This document shows positions 1 through 11,144 of a stretch of 64,000 nucleotides of DNA, piece by piece. The stretch is from the NCBI GenBank assembly GCA_965112735.1, contig OZ218955.1, forward strand, positions 2,232,001 through 2,296,000, given 5' to 3'. Under the pieces are notes generated by a model. It searched no databases. It worked only from the letters and a program-made list of their open reading frames with translations, and was not told where the DNA came from. This DNA is from Phaeosaccion multiseriatum (lineage: Eukaryota > Protista > Ochrophyta, other classes). Position 1 is the first letter of the stretch; every line of letters starts with the position of its first letter. A program made the translations under genes and the position numbers.

Positions 1-99
1 TGGACTGTGCTCTTGCTGGGGACTGTCGTCCTGTACGGTACGCTGATCTTCTTTGGGAAGTTCCCGCCAGAGAAGCTGTCAAATGCCAAGGCCATCTGA
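1..99 (+). CDS. 3' end of a probable membrane-protein gene running in from the left (partial)
   Basis: Frame 1 reads WTVLLLGTVVLYGTLIFFGKFPPEKLSNAKAI*, a hydrophobic helix followed by TGA at 97-99. It is too short to assign to a family. Confidence 0.5.
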   Translation, partial: WTVLLLGTVVLYGTLIFFGKFPPEKLSNAKAI

Positions 100-613
100 G
101 CTGTCAAATGCTTCAATGGGGGGCGTTGTTGTCGTATCCAGTGTTTTGCGTCTACCACAGCACAGCTCTGTGCCGATGTGTGTGACGGCCGACAACAATC
201 ACTGCCGCGCGGCAACCCCGTCATGATTGCCCCTCCCCTGCACCAGCACGGCAGGCAGGCAGGAGGTAGGCAGCAGGACCACGAGAAGCAGTCGGGCCTG
301 GCGACGAAGCAGACGAACGTTGAGCAAAGCAGAGCAGAGAGAGTGCGGCAGGGCTGTGTCTTTCGAGGCGTCGATCAAGAGCTTCAAGGTGGAGCACCAG
401 CCTCAGAAGCCACTGAAGCTGCTGCTGATATTGACAGGCAGCATGTGTCACTTCGCTCGTTGCCATCGTAGTCAGAACTCGCAAGGGAGGGATATATATT
501 CAAAGAGGCATGCGAGGGTGATGGGTACGAACAAACAAGTATAGTTGCGTCCTTCCCGGGTGAGGCAAGTGGGCAGCAACAGACAGGCAGTATGAGCCAA
601 CGTGCTCTTAACA

Positions 614-3036
614 TTAACAACCCAAGCCGAGAGCAGTCATGTCCATACTGAGTGTGTCGAGCGCCCATACAGCCACCCGCCCATCCATGGCCGCCGTGCT
701 GAAGCCCCCGTCCTTGGGGGCCCCCCGGGGCTGTATGTCTGAGATCGCCTTATCGTGGTAGGTCGCCTGTCCCCCCCGTGCCCCCCCCTGGGCAGCGCCT
801 CCCCCCCCGGACGCCTCTCCTTTGGTCGTCTTCGCCTGGAACATTGCCCTCGCGGCCGCCATCTTGCTCACCTGTACTCCACCAAACAGGGGAAGGATGA
901 GTGGGTGAGTGAGTGAGTGAGTGAGTGAGTGAGTGAGTGAGTGAGTGAGTGAGTGAGTGAGTGAGTGAGTGAGTGAGTGAATGAGTGAGTGAGTGAGTGA
1001 GTGAGTGAGTGAGTGGGTGGGTGGGTGGGTGATGCGTGAGCCAGTGAGTCAAGTGGGTGGGTGAGTGAGTGCGTGAGTGAGCGAGTGAGCGAGTGAGCGA
1101 GTGAGCGAGTGAGTCTGTGGGTGGGTGGGTGGGTGGGTGAGTGAGTGAGTGAGTGAGTGCGGAAGGGAGTGAGTGCGGAAGGGAGTGAGTGAGTGAGTGA
1201 GTGAGTGAGGCAGTGAGTGAGTGAGTGAGTGAGTGAGTGAGCGAGGTTAGTGAGTGAGTGAGTGAGTGAGTGAGTGAGTGAGTGAGTGAGTGAGTGGGTG
1301 AGTGAGTGAGTGGGTGGGTGGGGGTGGATGGGTGGGTGAGAGAGTGCATGAGCGGGACGTGGGCTCGTCCTTCTCTTTGTCGGCACGGGAGGGATGTCTC
1401 TCTCTCCTTCTCTCTTTCTCTCTCCCTTCCCACAAGTGCTCTCTCTTCTTGCTCCCGTCAAAGTCGAGCCCCTCCCCGCTCTGCGACTCACTCGTCACTC
1501 ACCCCCTTGTCGCCAGCCCCGGCCCCTGCCTTCTTTTCGTCCGTCAGCACTTTCAGCTTTCGCCAGACCCTGTTCCCCTCGCTGCAGAGGGCTGGTGAGA
1601 ACACGATGGGGGACATGTCGTGCCCGGCGCCGACCACGGCGGTTTCGCTCAAGAAGCACACACTGTTGAAGGGCAGGCTGTTGTACGACAGACTCTGAAT
1701 CACTCTGCAGGGAGACGTGTGGTGTCGGGTGGGAGGGAGGGGGGGGTCGAGTCATTGAGAGGAAGGAGGAGAATGGAGGAGGGGTGGCACAAGGCACAGC
1801 ATACGAGTAGGACACTCGAGCACGTACCCTTGCGAGTCGGCGCCTCCACCTGCCCCGAAGGTGACAATGTTGATGGTACTGTCGTGTCCGGCGAAGGCCA
1901 GCACCTGGCCAGACGGGGACCACGCCACTGCGTTGATCCATCCCCCACATGAGAACTCTGTGTACACCTCGCCGAAGCCCAGAGGCTTTGCAAACGGAAC
2001 TGGCGGACGCCGAGGCACGAGAGAAGGGAGGGGGGGTCTGCCGGTGTGAGGGCTCATTGGGGGCATTCCCACCCTTCCCCCCTGTATAACATTGGCTCAC
2101 CTTCCACAACATCCGTGTCTACTTCTTTGATCACGGCGGAGATGACGCGGCACTTGTAGTCAGTGCTTGCCGTCGCGACCATCTGGTTGTTGGGGTGCCA
2201 CGCGACAGCCAGCACCGTGGACTTGTGTTTCCGGATCGTCTTGCACACGTACCTAAGTACATGTATGCATTCGAATTCGACGTGGTTTGCTTAAGACAGG
2301 GCGCAAAGGAGGATTGGCCCCGTCCCTCACTCACCAGTCTTGGCCCGAGGAGTTGTCATAGTAGCACACCGGCACGCACTTAGAGCCGCTCCCCACGGCG
2401 AACTTTGAGCCTGCGGAATCGATTGAGGGGCACAGCATGAGAGGAATACCCCAGCGATGCCATCTCAACGCCCTCTTACCAGTTACCCCCTGCCCCTCCA
2501 CTCGTACCGTCCGGGCTCCATTGGACGCTCAGCGCCGCCCTGTCAATGAGCAGTATACAGAGGGTGGGCACCCACTTGCCGTCTCGGAGGTTCCACACAT
2601 AGGCATTCCTGCGGAGTTCGAAAGGGAGGGCATGCGAGAGGGGACCTTAGTGCCTCGGTTACTCCTTGCTATCAAGCCAGGTTTCGAGGAGAAAAAAGGG
2701 CACCTGTCGTGTGAGCACGTGACTATCTTGTCCGTCGTGTGCGACCAGCTAATGCCCGTGATAAGCATATCGTGCTCGTTGAGGATGTGCGTGCATTTCC
2801 AGCTGCTCGTATCCGTACTCCCACACCCTTCGTAGATCATCAGCTCCTCCGTGTTGGGGCACAAGGCCAACTCTGGGAGAGAGAGAGAGGGCGCAAGAGA
2901 GAGGGAGGGAAATGTTCCCTTTAGGGTGGTGTGGCGTGCAGGGAGGGAGCCATTGCCGCTTACTCGTGAAGTCCTTGTTCCAGGCATGGCAGGAGATCCC
3001 TCTGCTCGCAGGCAAGAGCTGATGCACTGTCGCCAT
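614..3036 (-). CDS. ARPC1: Arp2/3 complex subunit 1 (p41-Arc/Sop2, WD40), multi-exon
   Basis: Spliced exons give [138 protein letters not shown] and [13 protein letters not shown]. These are ARPC1 hallmark segments. Introns are GT-AG. Confidence 0.93.
898..1340. repeat. (GAGT/GGGT)n compound microsatellite, (TCAC)n on the ARPC1 sense strand, in the last ARPC1 intron
   Basis: About 440 bp of directly visible GTGA/GTGG/GCGA tetranucleotide runs. Confidence 0.95.
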
Positions 3037-3140
3037 TCCCTGCGCTCTTCCTTCTTTCCCTCGGGCGCGAGAAAACTAAGGCAGTAAGTCAACGAAAGTA
3101 GCGCCCTGCCGGACCCCCTTCTTTATTCCTCTCTTTCCTC

Positions 3141-3704
3141 ATGATAAAACATCCTTCAGGATGGGTTCTAGGCCTGATGTTAGCTGCAGCTGCGCACGGA
3201 TTCGTACTCAAGCCATCGGCTGTCCTGGCCCCTGGAAGGGGGGCGGTGTTGCACGCTGCTCCCCCTGAGGACTGCACTTCCTCCAAGAAGGGCAAGATGT
3301 TTGGATTTAGTGCGAGCAGAGACATTGCAAGAATGAGCGGCCTGACCACCAAGGAGGAGTGGGTGGAGTACTCCTGCCCTGGCAGCTACACGTGAGTTCA
3401 ACCTCCTTCAGTTGAAAGAATGTGGGGGGCATCATGTCTTCTCTCTCTCGCTCTCTTGCTCTCTCTCTCTAGGCCGCCCAAGCGTCCGGATTTGGAGTTC
3501 CCGGGGGAGTGGGTAAGCTGGGACGACTGGCTAGGGCGCCCATACCCCTTCGCCGAGGCGAGGGAGATCGCGAGGGAGCTGAATCTGAAAACGAAGGAGG
3601 AATGGGAGGGGCTGGGCAAGAGCCGTGACCCCCGGCTGCCAGTGCTGCCTGATCGCTTCTACAAGACCGAGTTCACAACCTGGGAAGACTGGCTGGGGTT
3701 ATAG
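3141..3704 (+). CDS. Small protein with two integrase-repeat-like units (F-x-EAR-x-IAR-x-L-x-LKT-x-EEW...W-x-DWLG), probably plastid-targeted; 2 exons
   Basis: The N-terminus MIKHPSGWVLGLMLAAAAHG|FVLKPSA looks like a signal peptide with Phe at +1. The repeats are FSASRDIARMSGLTTKEEW..WDDWLG and FAEAREIARELNLKTKEEW..WEDWLGL. Intron about 3392-3472 (GTGAGT..TAG). Confidence 0.7.
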
Positions 3705-3833
3705 GCAAGCAGTTTGCTTCATATTTTATTTGCGCTGTAAGTATTTGTCAGGAGTGGGGCCCACATATATACAAAAGAAGAGCCTAGGTGGGAGGCTCTT
3801 CCATTTTTAAAAACCAATATTATACTCAGTCAA

Positions 3834-5585
3834 TCACAGTCCGGGCAGACTGAGCTTGCCGATCACGGGGTATCTTCTATCCGCGCGCAGCTTCTTCTCC
3901 CAGTCGTCTATGTTCACCTGCAGCAGCACAGCAGACGCACGCGTGTCAGCCCATGCCATGCAACGGACTTGAACCCTGCACACCGTCACCTGCTCTTCCT
4001 GCGTGAGACTGGCGTAGTCCAGCAGTCCCTCCACATCAGCCTGCTTCATACTCATCCTAAGCGCGCAAGGCATGGCACAGGGGCGGGTGTTACCGACTGG
4101 CAACTGCACCACCCAACACTCGCTCGCTGGATGCACAATACATTACTCTGTAACTTACTTGGCGAGCACTCGGGAAGCGTCCCTGCCGGCAAGGCACGCG
4201 TAAGGGCCGCCAGGGAGATAAAGATCAGCCTTGAGGCCGAAGCTCACATCGAAGACAGTGTCCTTGACGCCCATCAAGATGGGAGGGCTGGCCCATCCGA
4301 CAGGACGAGTGGGCTGCAGGCCTGTGAACGGGCTCAGCTCGGATCGGTCGTAGAGTCGCGGCAAGGTGCCTTTGGGCAGGGGGTATGGTATTAAGCGGCC
4401 CACTACGGGATACTCCTTCGTCGCAAACGTCTCTTCCCAGCCCCGCAAGGTCAGCTGCTGCTGCCGAGTGAGAGTCTGCGAAAGGAGGAAAGGGTTGGTG
4501 GCAGAAGGCAAAAGGGCTGGCGAAAGTTCTTTTTTCTCTGTGCTCACCTCCACATCAAGATCAAGGTCGTCCAGGTCAGCCTCTTTGGTGGAGCACAGTG
4601 CCAGGCAGCGAGTGGCGTCGTGACCGGCCTGACAGCACGGCAGAGCGCAGAGGGGTAAGCGGTTGTCCTCTCCAGAGCTCAGACAAAGTAGTACCTGAAA
4701 CAGTCCAGCCCCACGCACTCCCCCTCACCAGATAGTGGTACTTGCCGCCCTCTGCATACAGGTCTGCCGCTTGAGAGACGTCGTAGACGTTTCCCTTGAG
4801 GGCAAGGAGAATGGGTAGGTTCAGTTTCATTTCCCCGTCCCTCCCACACGGCACCCTCTTTCCCCCGTGAAGCCCCAATTGAGGTACATCAAAGTTTCTC
4901 TGCTCCTGAGACGAGGAGCTCTCCTCCTTTGTTTCCTCGTCTCCAGCGGCGTCTTCTCCGCGCGAGCCTGGAGTGGTCGGAGGAACAAAGCCAGTCGAGG
5001 CCTCCCAGCCCCTTTCCCAGGGGCTCACATCGCTCTCTGACGACTGGCCAGGAGCAGCCGCCTCCACACTAGAAGGTCGATCATCTCCAGTTTCCAAAGC
5101 TCCAGTCGGGGGTGGAGCATCTTCCCTCTTCTTGCTCTCGGCCTGAGCCAAAGCCGCTTTGGCGCTCTCATTCGCTGGATCCAAAGCGAGTACTTTCTCC
5201 CAATCCTCCAGCGCCCCGCCCACGTCTTCCAGGCCCTTGCGAGCTGCGGCGCGACCGAGCAATGCCTCTAGTGTGATCCTGTTCGCAAGCCATCATTTAG
5301 CACACACATGATATGGGACCGACGGCAGCATCCAAACACTGACCTTCGACCAGCCCCACACAAAGCTCCGGCGCTTCCGCTGCCTGGCAGTCCTGGTGTG
5401 AGAGCATTGACGCTGTCCAGCACCTGGACAAATCCCTCTTCAGCTTGAGCAAAGGCCCCTCCCTCCAGCAGGCTCTGCGCGCCCTCCTTCGCCTTCACGA
5501 TGGAAGCCACATCATCATGCCCCTTCCCCCCCCCCCCCTTGGGTGTATCCGCCTCACCACCACTTTTGCTTCCCCCAACGCCCAT
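3834..5585 (-). CDS. TPR plus two tandem MAPR-type cytochrome b5-like heme/steroid-binding domains, multi-exon
   Basis: Starts MGVGGSK. TPR segment: ALLGRAAARKGLEDVGGALEDWEKVLALDPANESAKAAL. Domain 1: PILLALKGNVYDVS..YAEGGKYHYL-AGHDATRCLA..WEETF..EYPVVGRL. Domain 2: PILMGVKDTVFDVS..YLPGGPYACLAGRDASRVLAK-MS..WEKK..RYPVIGKL. Confidence 0.88.
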
Positions 5586-5842
5586 AGACCACGAAGACCA
5601 CCCGTAGCACGCAGGCAACAACGACGCGCAGATGGAGGAGGAAAAGGGGAAGAAGAGAGGGAAAAGGAGAAGAGATGTGGCCAATTGTGATCAGAAGTGT
5701 CACCAACACGCGATGGGCGGGGGGGGGGGGGCGGCTGCTGGGAAATTTTTCCCCCGAAAGAACAACCCTGACATTGAAACTGAACTTTTACCCAACTTAC
5801 AATCAATTCCCCTCGTCCTTCGTTGCTGCTGCACAAAGCGCT

Positions 5843-6910
5843 ATGGGGGCTGAATTTTCAAGTCTCTCTTTGGAGAAGAAACTATCGGGGAACTGGGTCT
5901 GGATAGGGGGGGTCACAGATACATCAGCACGATTCCGAGCGAGACCAGGCAGAAGGACCTCCTACTTCGTGGTCTCCGAGAATGCGGATCTAAGTGACCC
6001 CGTGTACGGCGAAGCCCTAGAAGTTTCGGACGAAGATGGTGGTCTTGTCTCCGGGGAGTTCTCCTCGCTCTCCCCAGGCACACAAATGTACTACGCCCTG
6101 CTCAGTGAAGAGGGCGGCGAGAGAATCGAGTCAGGGGGGAAGTTCCGCACCTTCCCTGCCAGCGGCGAGGTTGCACCTATTAGGATCGGTATGGCCAGTT
6201 GCGCCCGGAGTCAAAGCAACAGCGGGGCATTTACTGAGCTTGCGGACGCCGACCTGGATCTCTTCGTGCATATGGGGGTGAGCGTCTACCTGCGTATAGC
6301 ACATACCTGATGTCACAAAAGCTGATGCCCCCCTCTCCCTCCACCCTCAACATGTGACCCAAAAGGATTTGCACTATGAGAATATAGACGTCAACAAGCC
6401 CAGTGAGTTTGATGATGCCTACGTCGAGGTGTTTAAGGCTGCCCGCTACAACCGGCTCCTCACCAATCAGGTTCGATACATCGGCTGTTTGGAAAGAAGT
6501 ATAGAAGGAGGAGTTAGGAGTTAGAGAGAGTTAATGAGAGAGTGAGTTGCTTGGAAGGGGCGGTGCATCCCCATGAGGAGAGGAGGAAGAGGAGTGGGGG
6601 GAGGCGGGAGGAACAGGTGTGGAGGAGAAGTAGTGTGGTGTATTCTTCATGTCAGGAAGGCCAAAAGCAGATTGAAAGCAGATTGTGGCTCCCCGAACTG
6701 ACCAATGCGTTCTTTCTCCTCCCAGGCTATTATGTACACCTTTGACGACCACGACTTTGGGAACAATAACGCAGACTCCACCAGTCCTTCCAAACCCGCG
6801 GCCCTCGCAGCCTACAGGAAACACGTGCCTCACTACGACCTTGCAGAAGGGTACGTGTAAAGGGGCCGACCAGTCTTGTAGTTCCAGCTTCGTTGCCTTG
6901 TGTATATATA

Positions 6911-6947
<37 letters not shown>

Positions 6948-9021
6948 TACACTCGCTCCTCAGGGACGTGACTGAAGTGGGCATTTATCAGAGCGCGGAG
7001 ATAGGAGGAACCGTGTTAGTGATCATGCCGGACCTTGTGTCCGAAAAGACAAAGGATGAACGGTTCATGTCCGATGCCCAGGAAGAGTGGATCTACTCAG
7101 AGCTGCTCCGCGGCCGGGACGACTTTGAAGGTGGGTGCTTGGAATGAATGGCATGCCCCCTTCCTCCGCGCCGACGACCCATGTCATCATATCTTACGTA
7201 ACTCTTAATGCGCTTCACTGCGCTTTCGCGATTGAGTGAGAACTGAGTTTTAAATGAACAGACATCTGAATCATCTTTGAGCCGAAACTGACCAACGTTG
7301 AACCAGATTTGAACCAATTTTGGAGCCCTCTCTCTTGTCTGGTTCAAAGCTGGTTCAGTTTTGGTTCAAAACGGCCTCAAGTCCCACCCAACCGCGAAAT
7401 AGCAGTACTCAGCAAGCTTGTTCGTAACTCTTACGTAACTCCCACGTCATCGCAGTCATTCTCTTCGTGAGCAGCAAGCCCTGGATCGGTTCCAGGTGAG
7501 TGAGTGCGAGGGAGGGATAACAATTTTCTCGTCCGCAATCAGAGCTTTCCTCTCTTACCTTACGTTTTGCGTTGCTGTGTGGAATTTCAAAGCCCCACCG
7601 GTGAGGGGGGTGACTCGTGGCTGGGCAACAAGGATATTCGGGCGAGGATATCGACTTTCCTGGCCGACAACAACATCTCGAACTTGGTCATGGTAAGAAT
7701 GGGGAAGGGGCAACCCAGTTGCACTATATATGGGTCATCGGTCTGTCTACAATATCGACCACAAGTACACCCTGCGCCTACCTGTCTAACAGTTCAAATG
7801 TCAATGTCTACCACAGGTGGCGGGAGATACCCACGAGATCGCCCTCGACGACGGCACAAATACCGACTACAGTGGAGGCAGTGCAGGAGGCTTCCCCATC
7901 CTGCACGCGGCACCCATGGATCAGTACGGTCTCTACAATGGGGGCGGTCCCTTTACTCACGGATGCCAGGCATATGCGGCGCATCGAAATGAGCAGGTCA
8001 GTCAGTCAAGTCAATCCATGTGTCCCTGTTTCGTCGAGGTGGCCGAGGCAGCAGCGCGAGTGGAGTCATCGACTTGGACGCTGACCCGCTCTCTCTCTTT
8101 CTCGTCTCTTACGCCTCGCAGTATGGCATTGTCCGCATCACGGAGGGCCCCTGTGTGCGTATGGAGGCGCACAAAGTAGGGGAAGGCTCTCCGGCCATCC
8201 TCTATGAAGCCTGTGCGCCGTTTCGCCCGGCCGACGGAGGTACGAGGTAGCTTAGCTAGCGTTGAACCCATTTGCCGTCAGAGCGCCCCTCCTTTCCTTG
8301 CCGGCCTGACGCCTACCTTCCCTCGCGTGCGCGCGCGTGCGTGTGTGTGTGTGTGTGTGTGTGCGTTGTCATCTGATGTATCGCACGATAGGTCAACAGG
8401 GAGGAGGAGACGGCAGCTGCGACATTGAAATCATGCCGGTTTGGGCGTGGTTTCTGTGGTCAATTTTCGCCCTCTTGCTGCTCGCCAATGTCGTGATGTG
8501 CTGTATTGCGTCCTGCCGAGGGAGTGGGCGTAAGCACTGGCGCAACAAGGGCAAGCACGCCGCATCTTGCTGTAGCAAGAGCGACGAGGCAAAGGAGAGA
8601 TATACCAACCCAGGAGGGGTGCAGACCGCCGTTGACCCCAACGACACCCGCCAAACCTCCTCCCGCGGGCCCAGCAAGATATTCGCAGGCGACAGGTGGG
8701 TGGGTTTCGTGCGCCCTACCTCCTCCCCTCCTTCTCCTTTTTAACTCTGCCCCCCCCCCCCACCTTCCCTTCCCCTTGAGCAGTGGGAAGATGAGGCCGT
8801 GTCTCAGTGCGTCTGGGTGCGGGCTTTTCTTCATCACTTTGGCAGCTGTGGTGACGCTGATCGGCATCGGCGTTATGATGTGGTTGATGTTCGACGGGAC
8901 CACTGTGTACGCGCATGAGAGCGGCCTAGTCTTGGGCAGCTGGCTCCTCTTCGTTGACATAATCGTCATCTGCAGGGTCGCGATGGTCAGGAGGAGGAGA
9001 GGCACCGCCAGAGTCACCTAA
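5843..9021 (+). CDS. PhoD-family alkaline phosphatase with three C-terminal transmembrane segments, about 10 exons
   Basis: PhoD motifs WIGGVTDTSARF, GKFRTFP, MASCARS, DLFVHMG-DLHYENI, YTFDDHDFGNNNADS, SKPWIG and AGDTHEIALDDG. Hydrophobic C-terminal segments near 8430-8510, 8820-8890 and 8925-8985. The start codon is uncertain. Confidence 0.88.
7197..7433. mobile_element. MITE/foldback-like element in a PhoD intron
   Basis: Outer imperfect inverted arms at 7217-7247 and 7376-7406 (24/31 matches by manual alignment). Inner arms at 7276-7307 and 7338-7370 carry TGAACCA/TGGTTCA subrepeats. The direct repeat CGTAACTCTTA lies at 7197-7207 and 7423-7433. Confidence 0.55.
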
Positions 9022-9238
9022 GTACGGCTAAGGAGGAACGGAGGAACTCTCCTCCACAAGGGAGCGGAACGCGAGGGTCCCGTAACTAAGCGCTCTTCGT
9101 TTGGACCCTTCTGTGTAGCAAGGAGCTGGAGCTAGCTCGTTGTTGTTAGTCTCCACAGATACAGGATGGAAGGCCGCTGAAGGTGGGCGGAGGAAAGCCA
9201 GCGGTTTTGGAAGCTGTTTGACAGCGGCACGTATGTAA

Positions 9239-11144
9239 CTAATCGTATTTACACTCCATGTATACCACTGTTGTGTCGGCGGTCGAGTGAGGATTTGTGA
9301 GCCCCTCCTGGGACGATGGAACGTGAAAGTTCTCCACAGGGAAGACATGGTCTGCAGGGTCCTTCATGCCCCCGCTCGCACAGCCCTTGGTGTACAGGTG
9401 CGCTCGAAGGCCCGTCTCCAGGCCTGTGTGGGCCAGGGTGCCTACGAAGAGCAGCATCTCCCCTGGCTCAACGTCCACGTCCAGAAACGTGGCATCAGCT
9501 GCAGAGAGAGAGAAGGAGAGGAGGAAATCAAGATGGGAATAAGAAAACGGGGCCAGCCTGGTGCAGCGGATGGGAAGTGGAGGGTCGGAGAGATGCTCAC
9601 GTGCGTGGTCGCTGATCCACCCTGGGTAGACCCGGATCCGAGCTCGTTCCAGCGCGCTCCAGCAGCTGAAGGGTATTGCCACCTCAACCAAGTGGGGCAT
9701 CGCCACGGCCTGTGCAAAGGACACGCGTTACACGCCATTGCCACAACGAAGGTGAGAAGGAGAAAGGGGAATGCCTCCCTGTTTGCCGCTTTGAGGCCGG
9801 CAGACTCTGCTTTTTTCTCTCTCACCAGCTTTGGGTTGTAGTCATAGTGACTCCCCTGCACTCCGGCCCCTTGTTCCGTCATGATCACGGCCGGCTTGCC
9901 CTCCTCCAACTGCATCAGCTCCAGCAGAGGCTTCAAGATCCGGTCCGACAGACGACATATGCCTCTCCACAGTTCCGTGGCAACGTCATGGCCCTTCCAC
10001 CGAGCATCGGTTAGGACCACAAACTTGCGCTTCCCTTTCGCTGCAGGATTCCACATGGGGCAGTATCGAGGCTGCTCCTTCTCAGATTTCGAGCGACCCC
10101 GTTTCTTCGAGAGCCTGGGGGGCGATTCTTGCCCTTCCCCATCTCGACCAACCTCCCCACCAGCAGGTAGGCCCTTGTCCTTGTGGCGGTCCAAGTTTCC
10201 ACTCCACTTATCGTGTGATATCTCCCGTCCATCCGCGCCTCGACCCCTCTCCCCACCAGCAGGGTAGCCCTTGTCGCCGCGGTCCAAGCTTCCACTCCTC
10301 TTCTCGTGTGTTATCTCTCTTCCCTCCCCGCCTCGATCCCTCTCCACAGCAGCAGCGGGGTAGCCCCCGTCGCCGCTGGCCATGTTTTCACTCCCCTTCG
10401 CGTCTGTTATAATACAGAGACCCCCGGCCTCAGGTTCTTCCTCTGGGGAGGGGGGCTCACCCTCGTCGCCTACCCCCCGCCTTTTCTCGGCTGATTGCGC
10501 AGTACTCTTCCCTCGCCCAAGATCCTCCTCCGGCACTTGCTCGTCGTACAGTGACCTCGCCATGGCCACAAGCTGCTCCGCAAGGGCCGCCTGCTTCTCT
10601 GCGTCCACCACGCGCAGCTTCACAAACCCCGCCATGTTGAAGTTCCTTTGCACAATCTCCACGAACTTCAGTCCGCATACTTCCACCTCCTTCTCCATCT
10701 TTCTCTTTTGTACACTGGAGGTGGGGGAGGGGGGCAAGAAACAAGGGGTTTGGCAGAAAAGTGTGGACGAGGAGGTGGAGTGAGAGACAGAGGAGTTAAA
10801 TTCGAGAAGGGAGAAAGGTGGGGATTGAACCTACCTGGATAACGCATCTCTCATCTGGCGCGCCGTGCAGTGGGCTTCACAGCAAGCCTCCACGCCGTTC
10901 GGGGCCAGTGCCTCCTCCAGCTGGTCCATCTTCTTCACGTATACGTGTAGTATCTCGTTAGCCTGTTGTTGCAGCACGCTGTGATTCTCAATCAAGAGGG
11001 AGAGCGCCTCTGGAGTCCTTGGCCGAGCGTGCGAAGGCAGCAAAAAGAAATCCCCCTTCCCCTCTTCCTCTCCCCATCCTCCCCCTTCTTTCTCCACCAT
11101 TACATGTACCTAAAAAGGGGCACGTGCTTCGCCACCTTTGTCAT
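9239..11144 (-). CDS. Putative 2-oxoglutarate/Fe(II)-dependent dioxygenase-like (PhyH-like DSBH) protein with a repetitive charged N-terminal region, 5 exons
   Basis: Manual GT-AG splicing joins the frames into ..PAVIMTEQGAGVQGSHYDYNPKL-AVAMPHLVEVAIPFSCWSALERARIRVYPG..VDVEPGEMLLFVGTLAHTGLETGLRAHLY. This gives an HxD (about 9841-9849), a distal His (about 9428-9430) and a downstream Arg. Confidence 0.62.
10125..10375 (-). repeat. Coding tandem repeat, about 93-96 bp (31-32 aa) unit, about 2.6 copies
   Basis: GDGGYPAAAVERDRGGEGREITHEKRSGSLDR / GDKGYPAGGERGRGADGREISHDKWSGNLDR / HKDKGLPAGGEVGRDGEGQE. Confidence 0.85.

Noticed and set aside
74-111. 13-bp direct repeat AGCTGTCAAATGC around the first stop codon, as a possible TSD
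   Set aside because: Only 12 bp separate the copies and there is no element between them. It is a simple local duplication.
178-544. Several overlapping 60-105 aa ORFs
   Set aside because: No recognisable motifs. The region lies between convergent 3' ends and is probably UTR.
750-1498. ORFs with THSL/HSLT repeats (also LSVC, QTDR, VCVC and SQSV ORFs elsewhere)
   Set aside because: These are translations of intronic or intergenic microsatellites, not proteins.
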